Of a DNA stretch of 64,000 bases, positions 41,296-54,145 are shown piece after piece. The notes below the pieces were generated by a model, which did no database searches, was not told the origin of the DNA, and worked only from the letters and a program-made list of their open reading frames with translations. A program made the position numbers and the translations under genes. The DNA is from Octopus vulgaris (Eukaryota), in the NCBI GenBank assembly GCA_951406725.2, contig OX597819.1, positions 120,156,001 through 120,220,000 of the forward strand. Direction: 5' to 3'. Numbering within the stretch: position 1 is the stretch's first letter; each line of letters opens with the position of its first letter.

Positions 41296-41330
41296 GTTTA
41301 ACGTTTCGAGCGGAGCTCTTCGTCGGAAAC
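41296..41330 (-). ncRNA. Minimal hammerhead-like motif (U4C, extra A) in a PLE-type terminal fragment (41198-41410) next to (TA)n
   Basis: RC: gttt-CCGACGA-a-gagc-tcc-gctc-GAAA-cg-TT-aaac. Confidence 0.6.
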
Positions 41331-41457
41331 ATAGGAGAAGGAAAGATCCAGAAAAGGGAAGACAGAGGAAAAAAATCGCCAACGGTACACACGAGGTCAC
41401 ATTTTGAATAGGTATGCCTTTATATTTCTATATATTTTAAATGCGTGTATAATTATG

Positions 41458-42732
41458 TTTTGATACGGACATGCTTTATACGCGTACGTCTGTGTAGTCC
41501 TATTTTTGTGTGGACGAGCATATTCCTATGTGTGTATATATACGGTTCTTATATGCTTCAAATTTTGCCCCTTTCTCTTTTTTATCTCTTCCTTGCCTTT
41601 CACCCCTAAGAGTTCTTTTTAGTCACATAATCTTTCTTAATTAATAAATATCCCATTTTTTTGAGCCGGTTTCCCTTCATTGAAGCCAGATGGAAATTAC
41701 TCACACCTTAGTTTGCAGGAGCCACACCATCTATAAATTTGAGTATGCAGCTAGCGAAATGAAACCACACCGCTATCTACTTCGTTTAGGTAATCTGTGA
41801 ATAAGGGCCCACCACTGGCGCTTTACCAGTTCCACATTCCTCACCCTTAGTTTCATACTTAAATGTATGTTTCATTCCGAGGCCACCTTTATTTTTCATT
41901 TTTCACCACGGCATATAATTTCAAGCTGAACTATCGAATGTATCTGGTGAAAAAGACACCCGACACCCTTGAAGCATTTGTATGTAGACTTACTTTACTT
42001 GTACTTGTGGCGACATTCACCTCGGGCGGGTTGAGTCGGCTTCTTCTACTCATGGAAAAAGTTTCGTGGGAATATGTGGATTTCACAAGCGGTCCCCAAT
42101 AATCCCGCATGTGAAGACATCCTGTTTGCCGCAGATTGTCCGCAGACGCAGGGACAGAACGACCGAGAAGCCGCCGGTTGCCGAAGGTAGACACTCCGAG
42201 GATTTTTGGCCCTAATACCACTCGGTGTCAGACCAATCCGTCTTGGGTGACCCTACCAGGAACCGAAGTTCCCGACGGCATAGCTCTGACACTACCCGTT
42301 ACCAGCATCCCCACCACGGCGAGGAGGGGATGGACTTTGGGAACGTATGTAGAGTAATAGGTAACGCGTGTTTCTTTTGAACCAGTTCTAGTACTCGACT
42401 ATTTCTTCCATTCTTTTTATTTTACAGAGATAATTATCTCATAATAGCAAAATTTGTTGATTTCGAACTGAAGATGCATACTTTATCAGCTTTTCCGAAT
42501 TTCATTTCTATTTTCAATATAAGAACGAAGTGCATTTCATTCATTGATTAATAAACTCTGTTGATAAATTACCGATTCCTTGGCACTTTCTATCAAGCCT
42601 GGTCTATACTACAGACTAACCATCTAGAACTAACAAGAACAGGCTAACCATTCAGACAAATCATATAGAAGGGATTAATTCGAAGTTTCTGCTTGCTCGA
42701 CTTCACCAGACACGCTGAAAATTCGAATTCGG

Positions 42733-42739
<7 letters not shown>
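41458..42739 (-). mobile_element. 1.28-kb dispersed element with an RTE-5'-like structured motif, copy 1
   Basis: Collinear reverse complement of 60725-61969 plus 54146-54192. Confidence 0.75.
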
Positions 42740-42801
<62 letters not shown>

Positions 42802-42964
42802 GCCTTTTAACCTACAAATTTAACACTGCGACACAGCATTATATATCTTTCTATCTCTCTATCTCTCTATCTCTCTTATATTCTCAATCTCTCGACCTCT
42901 CTTTCCCTCTATTTCTCTTTCTTTCTCACTCTCTCCCTCCCTGTCTCTCTGCATATCTAGTACG

Positions 42965-43014
<50 letters not shown>

Positions 43015-43137
43015 CGATTGGTCAAAATGATGATGACGTCCCGCTCTGCTTGACTAAAGCCACCTAACGAAACGATTGGTCAAAACGTTGATGACGTCAC
43101 GCTACGCTGGACTGACCACCTAACAGGCATTATAAAA
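43015..43137 (+). promoter_or_regulatory. Putative Pol II promoter: duplicated ATTGG plus CRE module, then TATA box
   Basis: Two ~58-bp units with GATTGG and TGACGTC(A) (43034, 43092); TATAAAA at 43131. Confidence 0.5.
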
Positions 43138-43471
43138 CCGAGCAATTCACAAGACTAACTAGAACCACCCAGCGAACACCTACCATGGGTCATCACAATT
43201 GCTTAAGGTAAAAATGAATTCCTCGCTCTTTCGGAAACATCAATCTTCTGTATTGACTGCTTTCCACCACTTTGATCTGTTTTTTGTATTGAATACGTAT
43301 CGCCACCGTGGGCCACTGCATCGAACACTTTGAACATATAGCATGAATGAACTTACTTCAAACTATATATCAACTATACATGAACTCTAAGATGTCTGAC
43401 TCCGTTGTGTATTATAAATGAATTTCTTGTGTTTGACGGCATGAGCTGTCTTTTTTTATATATAACTTTTT

Positions 43472-43506
43472 TTGATAAAGTTCATTTCAGGAACTGAAAC
43501 ATGTTA
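43472..43506 (+). ncRNA. Hammerhead-like motif, U3-A8 variant
   Basis: TTGATAA-agttc-atttcag-gaact-GAAA-catg-TT; palindromic helix III, poor helix I. Confidence 0.45.
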
Positions 43507-43571
43507 TAATGTATATATAAAAATTAAAAATTGTATAATATAGCAGCATTTTCGAACTTCATTTTTTACAA

Positions 43572-43619
<48 letters not shown>

Positions 43620-44057
43620 CTATGTATGTATATATATGTACATATCTATATATGACGTATTATATATATATATATATACATATATACATATGCATATATA
43701 TATATCCATATTGTATTAGATATGCAGAGAGACTGGGAGGGAGAGAGTTAGAAAGAAAGAGAAATAGAGAGATTGAGAATATAAGAGAGATAGAGAGATA
43801 GAGAGATAGAGAGATAGAAAGATATATAATGCTGTGTCGTAGTGTTAAATTTGTAGGTTAAAAGGCTAATTTGCTATGTATGAAATATACCATCTTCAGT
43901 ACACATACTGATTGGATTTTTTTTTTGTAATGCGCGAGGGAGAAAAACCATACATCGACCTCTGATAATTAATTCCTTCTTCTAACAAGAGGCCTTGTTT
44001 ATTCCAACTCCTGTACGTGTTTCAAAAGTAATAATGTTTCTCTTCATTATATAAGAA

Positions 44058-44637
44058 GCGGTGGGAGCTGGCAGAAACGTTAGCACGCCGGGCGAAATGC
44101 GTAGCCGTATTTCGTCTGCCGTTACGTTCTGAGTTCAAATTCCGCCGAGGTCGACTTTGCCTTTCATCCTTTGGGAGTCGATTAAATAAGTACCAGTTAC
44201 GTACTGGGATCGATATGATCGACTTAATTCGCTTGTCTTTCCTCGTTTGTCCCTTCTGTGTTTAGCCCCTTGTGGGTAGTAAAGAAATAGGTATTTCGTC
44301 TGGCGTGACGTTCTGAGTTCAAATTCCGCCAGGGTCAACTTTGCCTTTCATCTTTTGGGAGTCGATTAAATAAGTACCAGTTACGTACTGGGATCAATAT
44401 AATCGACTTAATCCGCTTGTCTTTCCTCGTTTGTCCCTTCTGTGTTTAGCCCCTTGTGGGTAGTAAAGAAATAGGTATTTCGTCTGCTTTTACGTTCAAA
44501 TTTTGCCGAGGTTGACTTTGCATTTCATCCTTTCGGGGGTCGATAATTTAAGTACCAATTGCGTACTGAGGACGATCTAATCGACTGCTCTTCTTTCCAA
44601 ATATTTCGGGCCTTATGCCCAGAGTAGAAAAGAAAAT
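44058..44637 (+). mobile_element. SINE type B trimer within one 12-bp TSD
   Basis: ATTATATAAGAA at 44046-44057 and 44638-44649; one head and three body units. Confidence 0.92.
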
Positions 44638-44895
44638 ATTATATAAGAATCATAATTAATGAATCACTGGTTGACTGAACGATACAGTATAGGAAGGGGG
44701 ATGCACAATGAGTAAGATTTACAGCACTTTTAATTTTGAGGAAAAAAGGGTGTTTACAAATGTTCCCTACTTTACGAAACTATATCACCAAAGCAAATGA
44801 TTTTTTTAAAATTCATTAAAAGCACAATAACATAATCTGAACTTTATTACAGAAAATTATCTTCCTTATCTTTGCACCTATCAAAACAAATTTAC

Positions 44896-45179
44896 CAGGG
44901 GCAAAATGAGTAAGACAGGATAAGGCAAATTTGATTTTTCAGTTCTTCAGAATTACATCTGAAAAATACTGATATAGATCTATATCCATCGTTAGACATT
45001 AGAAAGATGAAAAATGCAACAAGATTAAAAGTATCTTGGTCAAATGAAATAAGATCATGGTAAAATGGCACATGATATAGCACACTGGACAAAATCAAAA
45101 CGCTGAACAGAAAATATTCTCTGTAGTTTCTTCCCGATCTTCTGGAATGGCTCTTTTCATGATATATTTACGGTCCATA
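44896..45179 (-). pseudogene. Two exon-like segments, probably a gene relic
   Basis: Acceptor tttcctctctaatttcttcag then MDRKYIMKRAIPEDREE..stop; separate 63-bp AG..GT segment at 44896-44958 (CNSEELKNQICLILSYSFCP). Confidence 0.3.
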
Positions 45180-45244
45180 CTGAAGAAATTAGAGAGGAAA
45201 TCGTTGAAATAAGTCATCCTAATGTTGCCCCTATTTAGACATCA

Positions 45245-45648
45245 TTTACTCTATTACTTGTTTCAGTCATTTGACTGTGGCCACGCTGGAGCATTGCCTT
45301 TAGCCGAACAAATCGACCCCAGGACTTATTCTTTGTAAGCCTAGTACTTATTCTATCGATCTCTTTTGCTAAACCGTTAAGTTACGGGGACGTAAACACA
45401 CCAGCATCGGTTGTCAAGCGAGGTTGGAGGGGGGGCAAAGACAGGCACACAAACATATACACATATGCATATATATACATATATACAACGGGCTTCTTTC
45501 AGTTTCCGTCTACCAAACCCACTCACAAGGCTTTGGTCGACCCGAGGCTATAGTAGAAGACACTTGCACAAGTTGCCACGAAGTTGGAATGAACCCGGAA
45601 CCATGTGGTTCGTAAGCAAGCTAGTTACCACACAGCCAATCCTACGCC
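45245..45648 (-). mobile_element. SINE type A
   Basis: Full head, body and tail match to 24866-25293. Confidence 0.9.
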
Positions 45649-47242
45649 AAGAAAATTAGAAAATTGAAAATTATGAAAATAGACATTAGCGTAGGAAAAC
45701 AATTCACTTGGAATGTAACAGAGTAAAGAATATTGATCGTCAACATCAAAAATTATACAGATATTTTATTAGCAGCCTCAATTACAATTTCTTCAAAGTT
45801 AAGGAAATTTTCCTTGAAAAAATAAAGTACCTGTTACCTGACGATGTTTGAAACTCTCTCAATTTTAACATCAACTATATTGACCAACTTTTACTCACAC
45901 AGATCCTGATGCAGTACAAAACGAAAATGCAAAACTTGCAATTTAATACTTTCAAACTGGTAGGGAGAAAATAACGAGAATTCAGAGATAACTCGTCTTA
46001 CTCCAGTTACCAATTTTGTCTCACACACTAATATATAAAATTCTACTTTGGTATTTCTTCTCGATTACAAATCTATTTAATTCGTTACTATGCATTCAGT
46101 TAAGTTGCTTCATAAAGAGAACTGGAAATGGTTCATTTATTTATCGTGTATCTACATGAAATTGACTTCACAGTACTTCCGCTTTTAGAATGGATTCGAC
46201 CACATTACTGTAAATCAACGAACGAAATAGTTTCTTTAGTTTTTCAGTGCTACTGACAGATGTAACATATATTTCCTATTTATATAGTTACTTGCTTTGA
46301 ACGAGGAGAATTTTAAATATGGTAGTTAGTGATAAAACGTAATTTTCTTTCCTCTCTGTATTTATCCGATACCCCTACTGATTTGGGCCACAATTTAAGT
46401 ATCGATAGAATAAGTAACAGTCATACATAGTGGTCGACTCTATTGTATATAATTACTTTTCCTCTTTCCATTAAATTGGTTTTGTACCCTGTCAAGAGAA
46501 ATCAATAGCAAGAAGTAAGAATGTGATGGCGATATTGAAAATGATGATGACGATGATGATGTTTAAAATGTAAAAGAAGGAAATACAAGATATTTCTCTC
46601 TATATATTTAACCATGAGTATATGGAAGCTTGTAGTCTGTCTTCAATTGTTGGCATGCCACTTATTTGTCTACGAATTTGTTTTTAATACTTTGTGAATG
46701 GCAATTAACCAACGGGAAACACACAGGAATTGGAAAAAAAAATAAGAACAGCAGCTAACAATAAAATGCAAAAAAGAAAAATGTAAATAAATGTGTTCAT
46801 TCATCTAGTCTGGGTGTTAGACTAATGTCTAGAATGTCAGACTACAGAGAATCAATTTAAAAACATTGCTTAACAAGCAAGTATTTGAACGCAACACTGA
46901 CATACAAATATTTAAAATAAAATAACAAAAATAGCCTGAGATGAGAAACCAATGGTTTGCTATAAACGCAAAAACAATAATGTGAAATGTAATAAAGCGG
47001 CATCAAGAATTTGGCAACCCTCCTCCGAACATGTGGCGCCGTTGGAGAAACCCAACGATTACAGATAGAACCATGTCAAAAGATTTAATATGAAAATATC
47101 AGATTACTGGGTATACATTGCAGATTTGGGCTAAAATAATATCCTCTTCATTTATAATGTAAAAATCTTCAACCCTCTCTCGGTGGACGTCGACTCTGAG
47201 TGTTCAAGTGGTTGAAATGGTGCAGCCTTTTATTATTATTAA

Positions 47243-47428
47243 GAGAGAGTGAGAGAAAGTTGGGGTCAAAGAGTACAAAAGGGGTCACCATCACCCCCTA
47301 CCAGAGCCTCGTGGAGCTTTCAGGAGTTTTCGCTCAATAAACACACACACAACGCCCGGTCTGGGAATCGAAACCACGATTCTCCGACCGCGTGTCCACT
47401 GCCCTAACCACTGGGCCATTACGCCTCT
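47243..47428 (-). mobile_element. SINE type C 5' part
   Basis: gagagaaagttgggg..cgctcaataaacac..gccctaaccactgggccatt. Confidence 0.85.
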
Positions 47429-47499
47429 TTCATGGCAATTTGACTAAAATTCTTCCGATATACTCTCATATACATGCTCTGTGAATGAAAGTGGGTAAC

Positions 47500-47890
47500 C
47501 GTAGACATAGCTGTGAGGTTAAGAGGCTCGTTACGCAACCACGCCGTTTTGGATAAAACTGATAGTGCAGCACTTCGGACATGTGTTTTCTATTATAGTT
47601 CTGTGTCGACCAAAGCCTTGTGAATGGATTTGGTAGAGAGAAATTATGTGGAAGTTTGCCGCGTGTGTGTATGTGTGCGTGTATGTTTATAAATATAACT
47701 ATGTGTATATATGTGCGTTTGTGGGGGAATGTGTGTTTATGTGTATGAATCTATACATGTAACATCTCCACATCGTGACAGCCGGTGTTGGTTTGTTTCA
47801 TTTCTTATAAGTTAGTGATTTGGTGAAAGGGTACGAGGTCGATTTGTTTCACTAACTTGAGCACCAGTCTAAGTACCAGGACAAGTAAAA
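47500..47890 (+). mobile_element. Old degenerate SINE type A
   Basis: gaccaaagccttgtgaatggatttggtaga block and degenerate head. Confidence 0.65.
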
Positions 47891-48987
47891 GCAAATATGA
47901 TGTTTGAAAGCATACCTAATGAACTACAACAGATATAATCGACTTAATCCCTTTGTCTGTCCTTGTGTGTCCCCTCTGTGTCTAGCCCCTTGTGGGCAGT
48001 AAAGAAATATGAAAGAGAACCGAACCTGGGACTTCGTGATTTCTAAATGTATCTGCCAACCAAAATGCTATAGAGATATTAAATAAAACGGTAGCAGTGA
48101 ACATTTTTAGCACGTTGTTCTGCTTAGAATACAAGTAGCTATGTTTGCATCTCAACGGCTGGACTTCTTGTTTTCGTAAAACGAAATGTTGAAAGGTTCA
48201 CAGCAGGTATTGTTGAAGCATATGACAACAACCCAGCAGAAGTAATCTCCAGTTATATTAAACAGCAGATCGTACATATATATATATACATTTAGGTTTC
48301 AGCCACTTCTTTTATACAAAAATATCAGTGATTAAATAATGCTACGTGTACCAAATTATGGTTGCTTTACGCATATCTTAATCACGAGACACATTTAAGA
48401 AATTCCGGAACGAAAACAAAACTGGGTACATTTAGCGAAAAACTCATGTTTAATGGATGGATTCAGCCTGCTAATGAATTGAATATGATATTAATTTCTT
48501 GTCAATAACATACTCGTTATATTTTATGTAGTATTTATTTTTCCTCCTTATATAAAATCATTCATTCTGAGAAAGCAAAACAATTTCATAGGCTTCGTAA
48601 CTTGATAAATATTATTTCCCTCTTTCCACGTGTTCATGCTCTCCAAAATAATAAAAAACAATCTTTACAAAAATATTTTTATATAAAAAAAAAATGAACA
48701 TTAATCAAAATATATTGTCTGCTTCCATCGTTAAAGATCATTATCCTCATTGTAATTACTATGGACCGACGAGTAATAAATTGCAAAACTTTTGTCTGTG
48801 TACAGTAGGAAAGAAAATCGATATCTCGTCAATAATAACGGTAATTCTATTGACGAAATATAGTCGTACTAAATTGCACCAAAATTTCCTTAAAATTACC
48901 CCCTACCGCATAAAAATTGATGAATATACGAGATAATTAATCATGAATATATGTCATCCCAAACAACATTCAACGACACATACCTAA

Positions 48988-50900
48988 TCAAGCTAGCTCT
49001 AGCAACTCTTCCTCTGATGTTATCTTCTGTTCCAAACACTTAACTATCATAGCATATTGGAAAACATTCGCCCAGTGTTCTTCCGACCACCTAGAGATTA
49101 TCCTAACAGTGCACGCCACGTTAATGTCGAAAGAAAACATTTTATAAACTTCAGAAATACCTAATGGTTTGACTTTTAGTAGGAAACAAACATGTTCAGA
49201 ATTCAATGGCATTTCTATTTCTGGCATAGACACTACCGTAGAGCTCCGCGCTCTCTGTTTTCGGATTGAAATTACTTGACATTCCCGCAAATACGTAGAA
49301 ATATACTCTTAATTAGATAGCAACATAGTGACACCATAAAAGGAAAGTCTAGTAAACATGCTTTCAACGCCAGATATGAAATGAAAGATGAGGAAAACTT
49401 ATCAAATGGTTTTGTGTTCGCATGGAGCGAAAGAAAATATTTTAATCAAATTTTGCGTTGTATTAGTGTTAATAAGAGAGATGAAAATGAAATGCAAACT
49501 TAATGTGATTTGCCATTTATGTAATGAGGAATAGTCCAAAACGAGTCATTTTTGTAGTTGATGTAATTTGCAATAATTTTTAATTTTATTTATGATCCCT
49601 TTTCAAGCCTAGACAGGCTCATGGGCCCGGTTTCCTGGTTTCTATGGCGTATGTGCCCCCCCCCCCCCAGGTGGACGGGACGGCAGTCCATCGTAGCGTT
49701 ACTCAAGAAACAGGAAGAAAGAGTGAGAGAAAGTTGGGGCGAAAGAGTACAACAGGGATCGCCACCACCCACCGCCGGAGCCTCGTGGAGCTTTAAGTGT
49801 TTTCGCTCAATAAACACACACAACGCCCGCTCTGGGAATCGAAACTGCGATCCTCCGACCGCGAGTTCGCTGCCCTAACCACTGCTTCATTGCGCCTCCA
49901 CAATTGGAAATATACAGCCAAGAAATAAAAGTGGTTTTATTGATTTTCAACGGAAAATAATACAAACATTATCTATATGCATTTGCACTTTAATCATGAT
50001 ATTTCATCAATTCCTCAGAAATCTTACTGCAAATAGCTCCTACTAAATCTGTTTACTTGACTCCCTACTCACAAAGTCGTTACATTCAACAGCATAAACA
50101 TAGCTCACATAGTCGTGACAAAATTACCCTGGCTTATAATTCTATCTTCGCATATCACTGATTCATTCACCACTGATTCACAAAACACGGTACGCTCATT
50201 TGTGACCCATGTTACGCTCACTACAATTTTTTCTCTGGCAAAAAAATTCGGTGATCAGTCAAAGATATCGTATAGACTAAAGGGAATTCCATCATCCATC
50301 CAAAATGCGGAGGACAATTTGGGATCTCGCATCGAAACCGGTTTTCTCCATATGCTCTATTATTCGTTTATCAAGGATTTATTTAATACGGTTTTCTCTT
50401 GGAACCAATCACCCGTGATAAACAAGGCTCTATTTATACAAAGCTCTCTTATGCACAACACATGTAGGCTACACAGCTCACAGCAAAAAATGCTTAGGCG
50501 ATGCACACACATAGTTTGAGTAATCACAGAAGCAAAATTTTGATTATCAAAGCAATGTGGGAAAACTATATATTAGAGGAATCAAAGACGACACCAATTA
50601 TGTTCCGAAACTCTCTCAACAAGCTAGAATTATTAGAATGTATAATGAAATAAGATACTATGAATGCGTAGGCGTTATTTTCTATATACTAGATATGTTT
50701 CCTATCACTTGTTGAAGCAAGCGTATTTTTTTCGGTTGAAGAAACAAATGGTAGAAAATATCATTTTCATTCAGCATTCGCAGGCGTTCACTATATTGAT
50801 TTTTTTTATAGAGCAAAAAGGGTTTGTCAAGGTTACTTGTTTTATCATGTTCAAAAGAAGTGGAGTTCTGGTCGATCACGCCCTTTTTAGAATTTTTTCC
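48988..50900 (-). pseudogene. Possible decayed coding segments (48988-49290 and ~50660-50900)
   Basis: Non-repetitive protein-like ORFs with a loose resemblance to the C-terminal part of NAT16-like acetyltransferases; speculative. Confidence 0.2.
49590..49901 (-). mobile_element. SINE type C
   Basis: Head and body as 7374-7734; tail as 8063-8180. Confidence 0.9.
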
Positions 50901-51089
50901 TGAATTGATCTTAGGAACTCAAACATCGATCATATCGATGTGGTTAATGTTCTTGTTGAACGGTTGCAGGCGCCAGCTGCATGAACAACATAGGGAGTTC
51001 TAGTGGAACAATGTTGCAGAGACAAAGGACTAGGTGAAGTAATGTATGAGTAAATAAAATACGGGTGATGAGAGGCAAAAGGACGAGTG

Positions 51090-51518
51090 GGATCTTTTCA
51101 ATTCGAATGGCAGTTTTTAACATAATTTCTAGGTAACTAAAAAATTTAAAACTTCGTATACTGATAAAATGTGTTTATAAAACATCTTTTTCTCTTGGCT
51201 TTATTGAGAAAATTTGATATTTTGTAAGATATTTGTTGTTTTTTTTTCTTCAATTTTTGCAATTTCAACCAATCACTGACGTCTGTTGAGGTAAAAAATA
51301 TTCTGTGTCGTATGAATATGTCCCTCGTTTAAGAGACAGATTGGGTTTATTTAGATTTGTGAAGAAATAAAGATACTCTTTCCCCACCCCTAACCCTAAC
51401 CCTAACCCTAACCCTAAAACATATTGGGATGCAATAGATCGATACTAGGGTCATAATTATGGGTGACAATTTCATATGACACCGCTAGAAAAAACTGCCG
51501 TTCAAACCGAAAAGATCC
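51090..51518. mobile_element. MITE with 8-bp TSD and internal (CCCTAA)n, copy 3
   Basis: TSD GACGAGTG at 51082-51089 and 51519-51526; five CCCTAA units at about 51388-51417. Confidence 0.95.
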
Positions 51519-51695
51519 GACGAGTGTTTTGGGAATGCCTGAATAATAGTGACACTAGCCAGTAGGCTTGTGAAAAAATGCGAGGAAGAATTTAGGAAAC
51601 TACCTATATTTTGATATAAGGATGAAGTTATGGATATCTGTTGCAAAATTACATTCTCTAGCATAATTTTAAGTACATAGAACGAGGGCAGAACA

Positions 51696-54145
51696 AATAC
51701 TGCTTTACTACTACAGTCAAGATGCCTCGCCAGATTCTACTATCGACGTTTATAGACTTCAGCATATGGAGCATATTAGTTAATTTTTCGAAAGTTTTCA
51801 CAGAAAAATTATCAACAAAAATTTTTCAAAAATTATCACCGAAAATTTTTCCTGAAGAATTTTTCGAAAATTTTCAACGAAAATTTTTCGAAAATTATCA
51901 CTAAATATTTTGCCCAAAAATTTTTCGAAAATTATCACCGAAAATTATCACATAAAATTTTTCGGAAATTACCAAGGAAAATTTTGCTCAAAAATTTTTC
52001 GAAAATTTTCACCGAAAATTTTCACCGAAAATTTTTCGAAAATTATCACCGAAAATTTTCCTCAAACATTTTTCAAAAATTTTCACCGAAAATTTTCAAC
52101 AAAAGTTTTTCGAAATATTCCTCAAGAATTTTCACCGAAAATTTTCAACAAAAGTTTTTCGAAATATTCCTCAAGAATTTTTAGAAAATTTTCCCCGAGC
52201 TAAAAATAGATTTGTTATTCGAAAAATTTTCGGTGATAATTTTCGAAAAATTTTTCTTGAAAATTTTCGTTGAAAATTTTCGAAAACTTTTTGGGTAAAA
52301 TTTTCGGTGATAATTTTCGAAAAATATTTCGTGATAATTTTCGAAAAATTTTTGTTGAAAATTTTCGGTGAAAATTTTTGAAAAATTCTTGAGGAAAATT
52401 TTCGGTGATAATTTTCGAAAAATTTTTGTTGAAAATTTTTGTTCAAAATTTTCAGTCAAACTTTTCGAAAAATTCTTGAGGAAAAATTTTTGGTGATAAT
52501 TTTTGGTGAAAATTTTCGACAAATTAACTAATATGCTCCATATGCTGAAGTCTATAAACGTCGACAGCAGAATCTGGTGAGGCATCTTGACTGTAGTAGT
52601 AAAGCAGTATTCACTCTATATATACACAGAAAGCAGCCACCTAAAAATCTATTTTTAGCTATAACAAATCTATTTTTAGCTCCGGGAAAATATTCGAAAA
52701 ATTCTTGAGGAGTATTTTCGAAAAATTTTCGGTGAAAATTTTCGAAAAATTTTTTGGTAAAACTTTCGGTGATAATTTTTCAAAAATATTTGGTGATAAT
52801 TTTCGAAAAATTCTTGAGGAAAATTTTCGAAAAATTTTTCGAAAAATTTTCGGTGATAATTTTCCAAAAATTTTTATTAAAAATTTTCGGTGAAAATTTT
52901 TGAAAAATTTTTGAGGAAAATTTTCGGTGATAATATCCGAAAAATTCTTGAGGAAAATTGTCGAAAAATTTTTGTGTAAAAGTTTCGGTGATAATTTACG
53001 AAAAATTTTTGGTGATAATTTTCCAAAAATTTGTTGAAAATTTTCGGTGAAAATTTTCGAAAAATTCTTGAGGAAAAATTTTGGGTGTCGACGTTTATAG
53101 TCTTCAGCATATGGAGCATATTAGTTAAGTTTTCGAAAATTTTCACCAAAGATTATCACCAAAACTTTTTCAAAATTAGCACCCAAAATTTTTCAGCAAG
53201 AATTTTTCGAAAATTTTCACCGAAAATTTTCAACAAATTTTTCGAAAATTATCACCAAAAATTTTTCGAAAATTATCACCGAAAATTTTTCACAAAAATT
53301 TTTCGAAAATTTTCAACAAAAATTTTTCGAAAATTATCACCAAAACTTTTTGGAAAATTATCACCGAAAATTTTACCAAAAAATTTTTCGAAAATTTTCA
53401 ACAACAATTTTTCGAAAATTATCATCGAAAATTTTCAAAAAAAATATTTGAAAAATTTTCACCGAAGATTATCACCAAAAATTTCTCAAAAATTATCACC
53501 GTAAATTTCACCAAAAAATTTTTCGAAAATTTTCCTCAGGAATTTTTCGAAAATTTTCCCCGAAAATTATCACCAAAAATTTTTGGGAAATTATCACCGA
53601 AAATTTTCCTCAAGAATTTTTCGAAAATTTTCCACGAAAATTTTCAACAAAATTTTCCCCGAGCTAAAAATAGATTTGTTATGGCTAAAAATGGATTTTT
53701 AGGTGGCTGATTTCTGTGTATATATAGAGTGAATACTGCTTTACTACTACAGTCAAGATGCCTCACAGAAAATTTTCAACAAAGTTTTTCGAAAATTAGC
53801 ACCAAAAATTTTTGGAAAATTATCACCGAAAATTTTACTTAAAAATTTTTGGAAAATTTTTCGAAAATTTTCAACAAAAATTTTTCGAAAATTATCATCG
53901 AAAATTTTTACACAAAAATTTTTGGAAAATTATCACCGAAAATTTTCCTCAAAAATTTTTTTTTAATTTTCACGGAAAATTTTCAACAAAAATTTTTCGA
54001 AAATTTTCAACAAAAATAATTCGAAAATTTTCAACAGAAATTTTCGAAAATTATCACCGGAAATTTTCCTCAAAAATTTTTCAAAAATTTTCACCGAAAA
54101 TTTTCAACAAAAATTTTTCGAAAATTATCACCGAAAATTTTCCTC
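51696..54145. repeat. Complex satellite block 1 (11-13-bp AAAATTTT words, ~160-bp spacer, internal inversion 52219-53085)
   Basis: Direct inspection. Confidence 0.95.

Larger units (their letters stand above)
42800..43868. repeat. ~170-bp inverted repeats (42800-42975 and ~43700-43868) bracketing microsatellites and a pLTR-like insert
   Basis: tagccttttaacctacaaatttaacact..ctctgcatatcta versus tagatatgcagag..agtgttaaatttgtaggttaaaaggcta. Confidence 0.85.

Noticed and set aside
41863-42102. 79-aa ORF intact in both copies of the 1.28-kb element
   Set aside because: Only about 8 substitutions, half of them non-synonymous; too few to show selection. It is antisense to the RTE-like motif and has no recognisable domain.
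52543-52569. CTGAAGT..TAAACGTC in the satellite spacer as a hammerhead
   Set aside because: Lacks A9, G12 and helix II.
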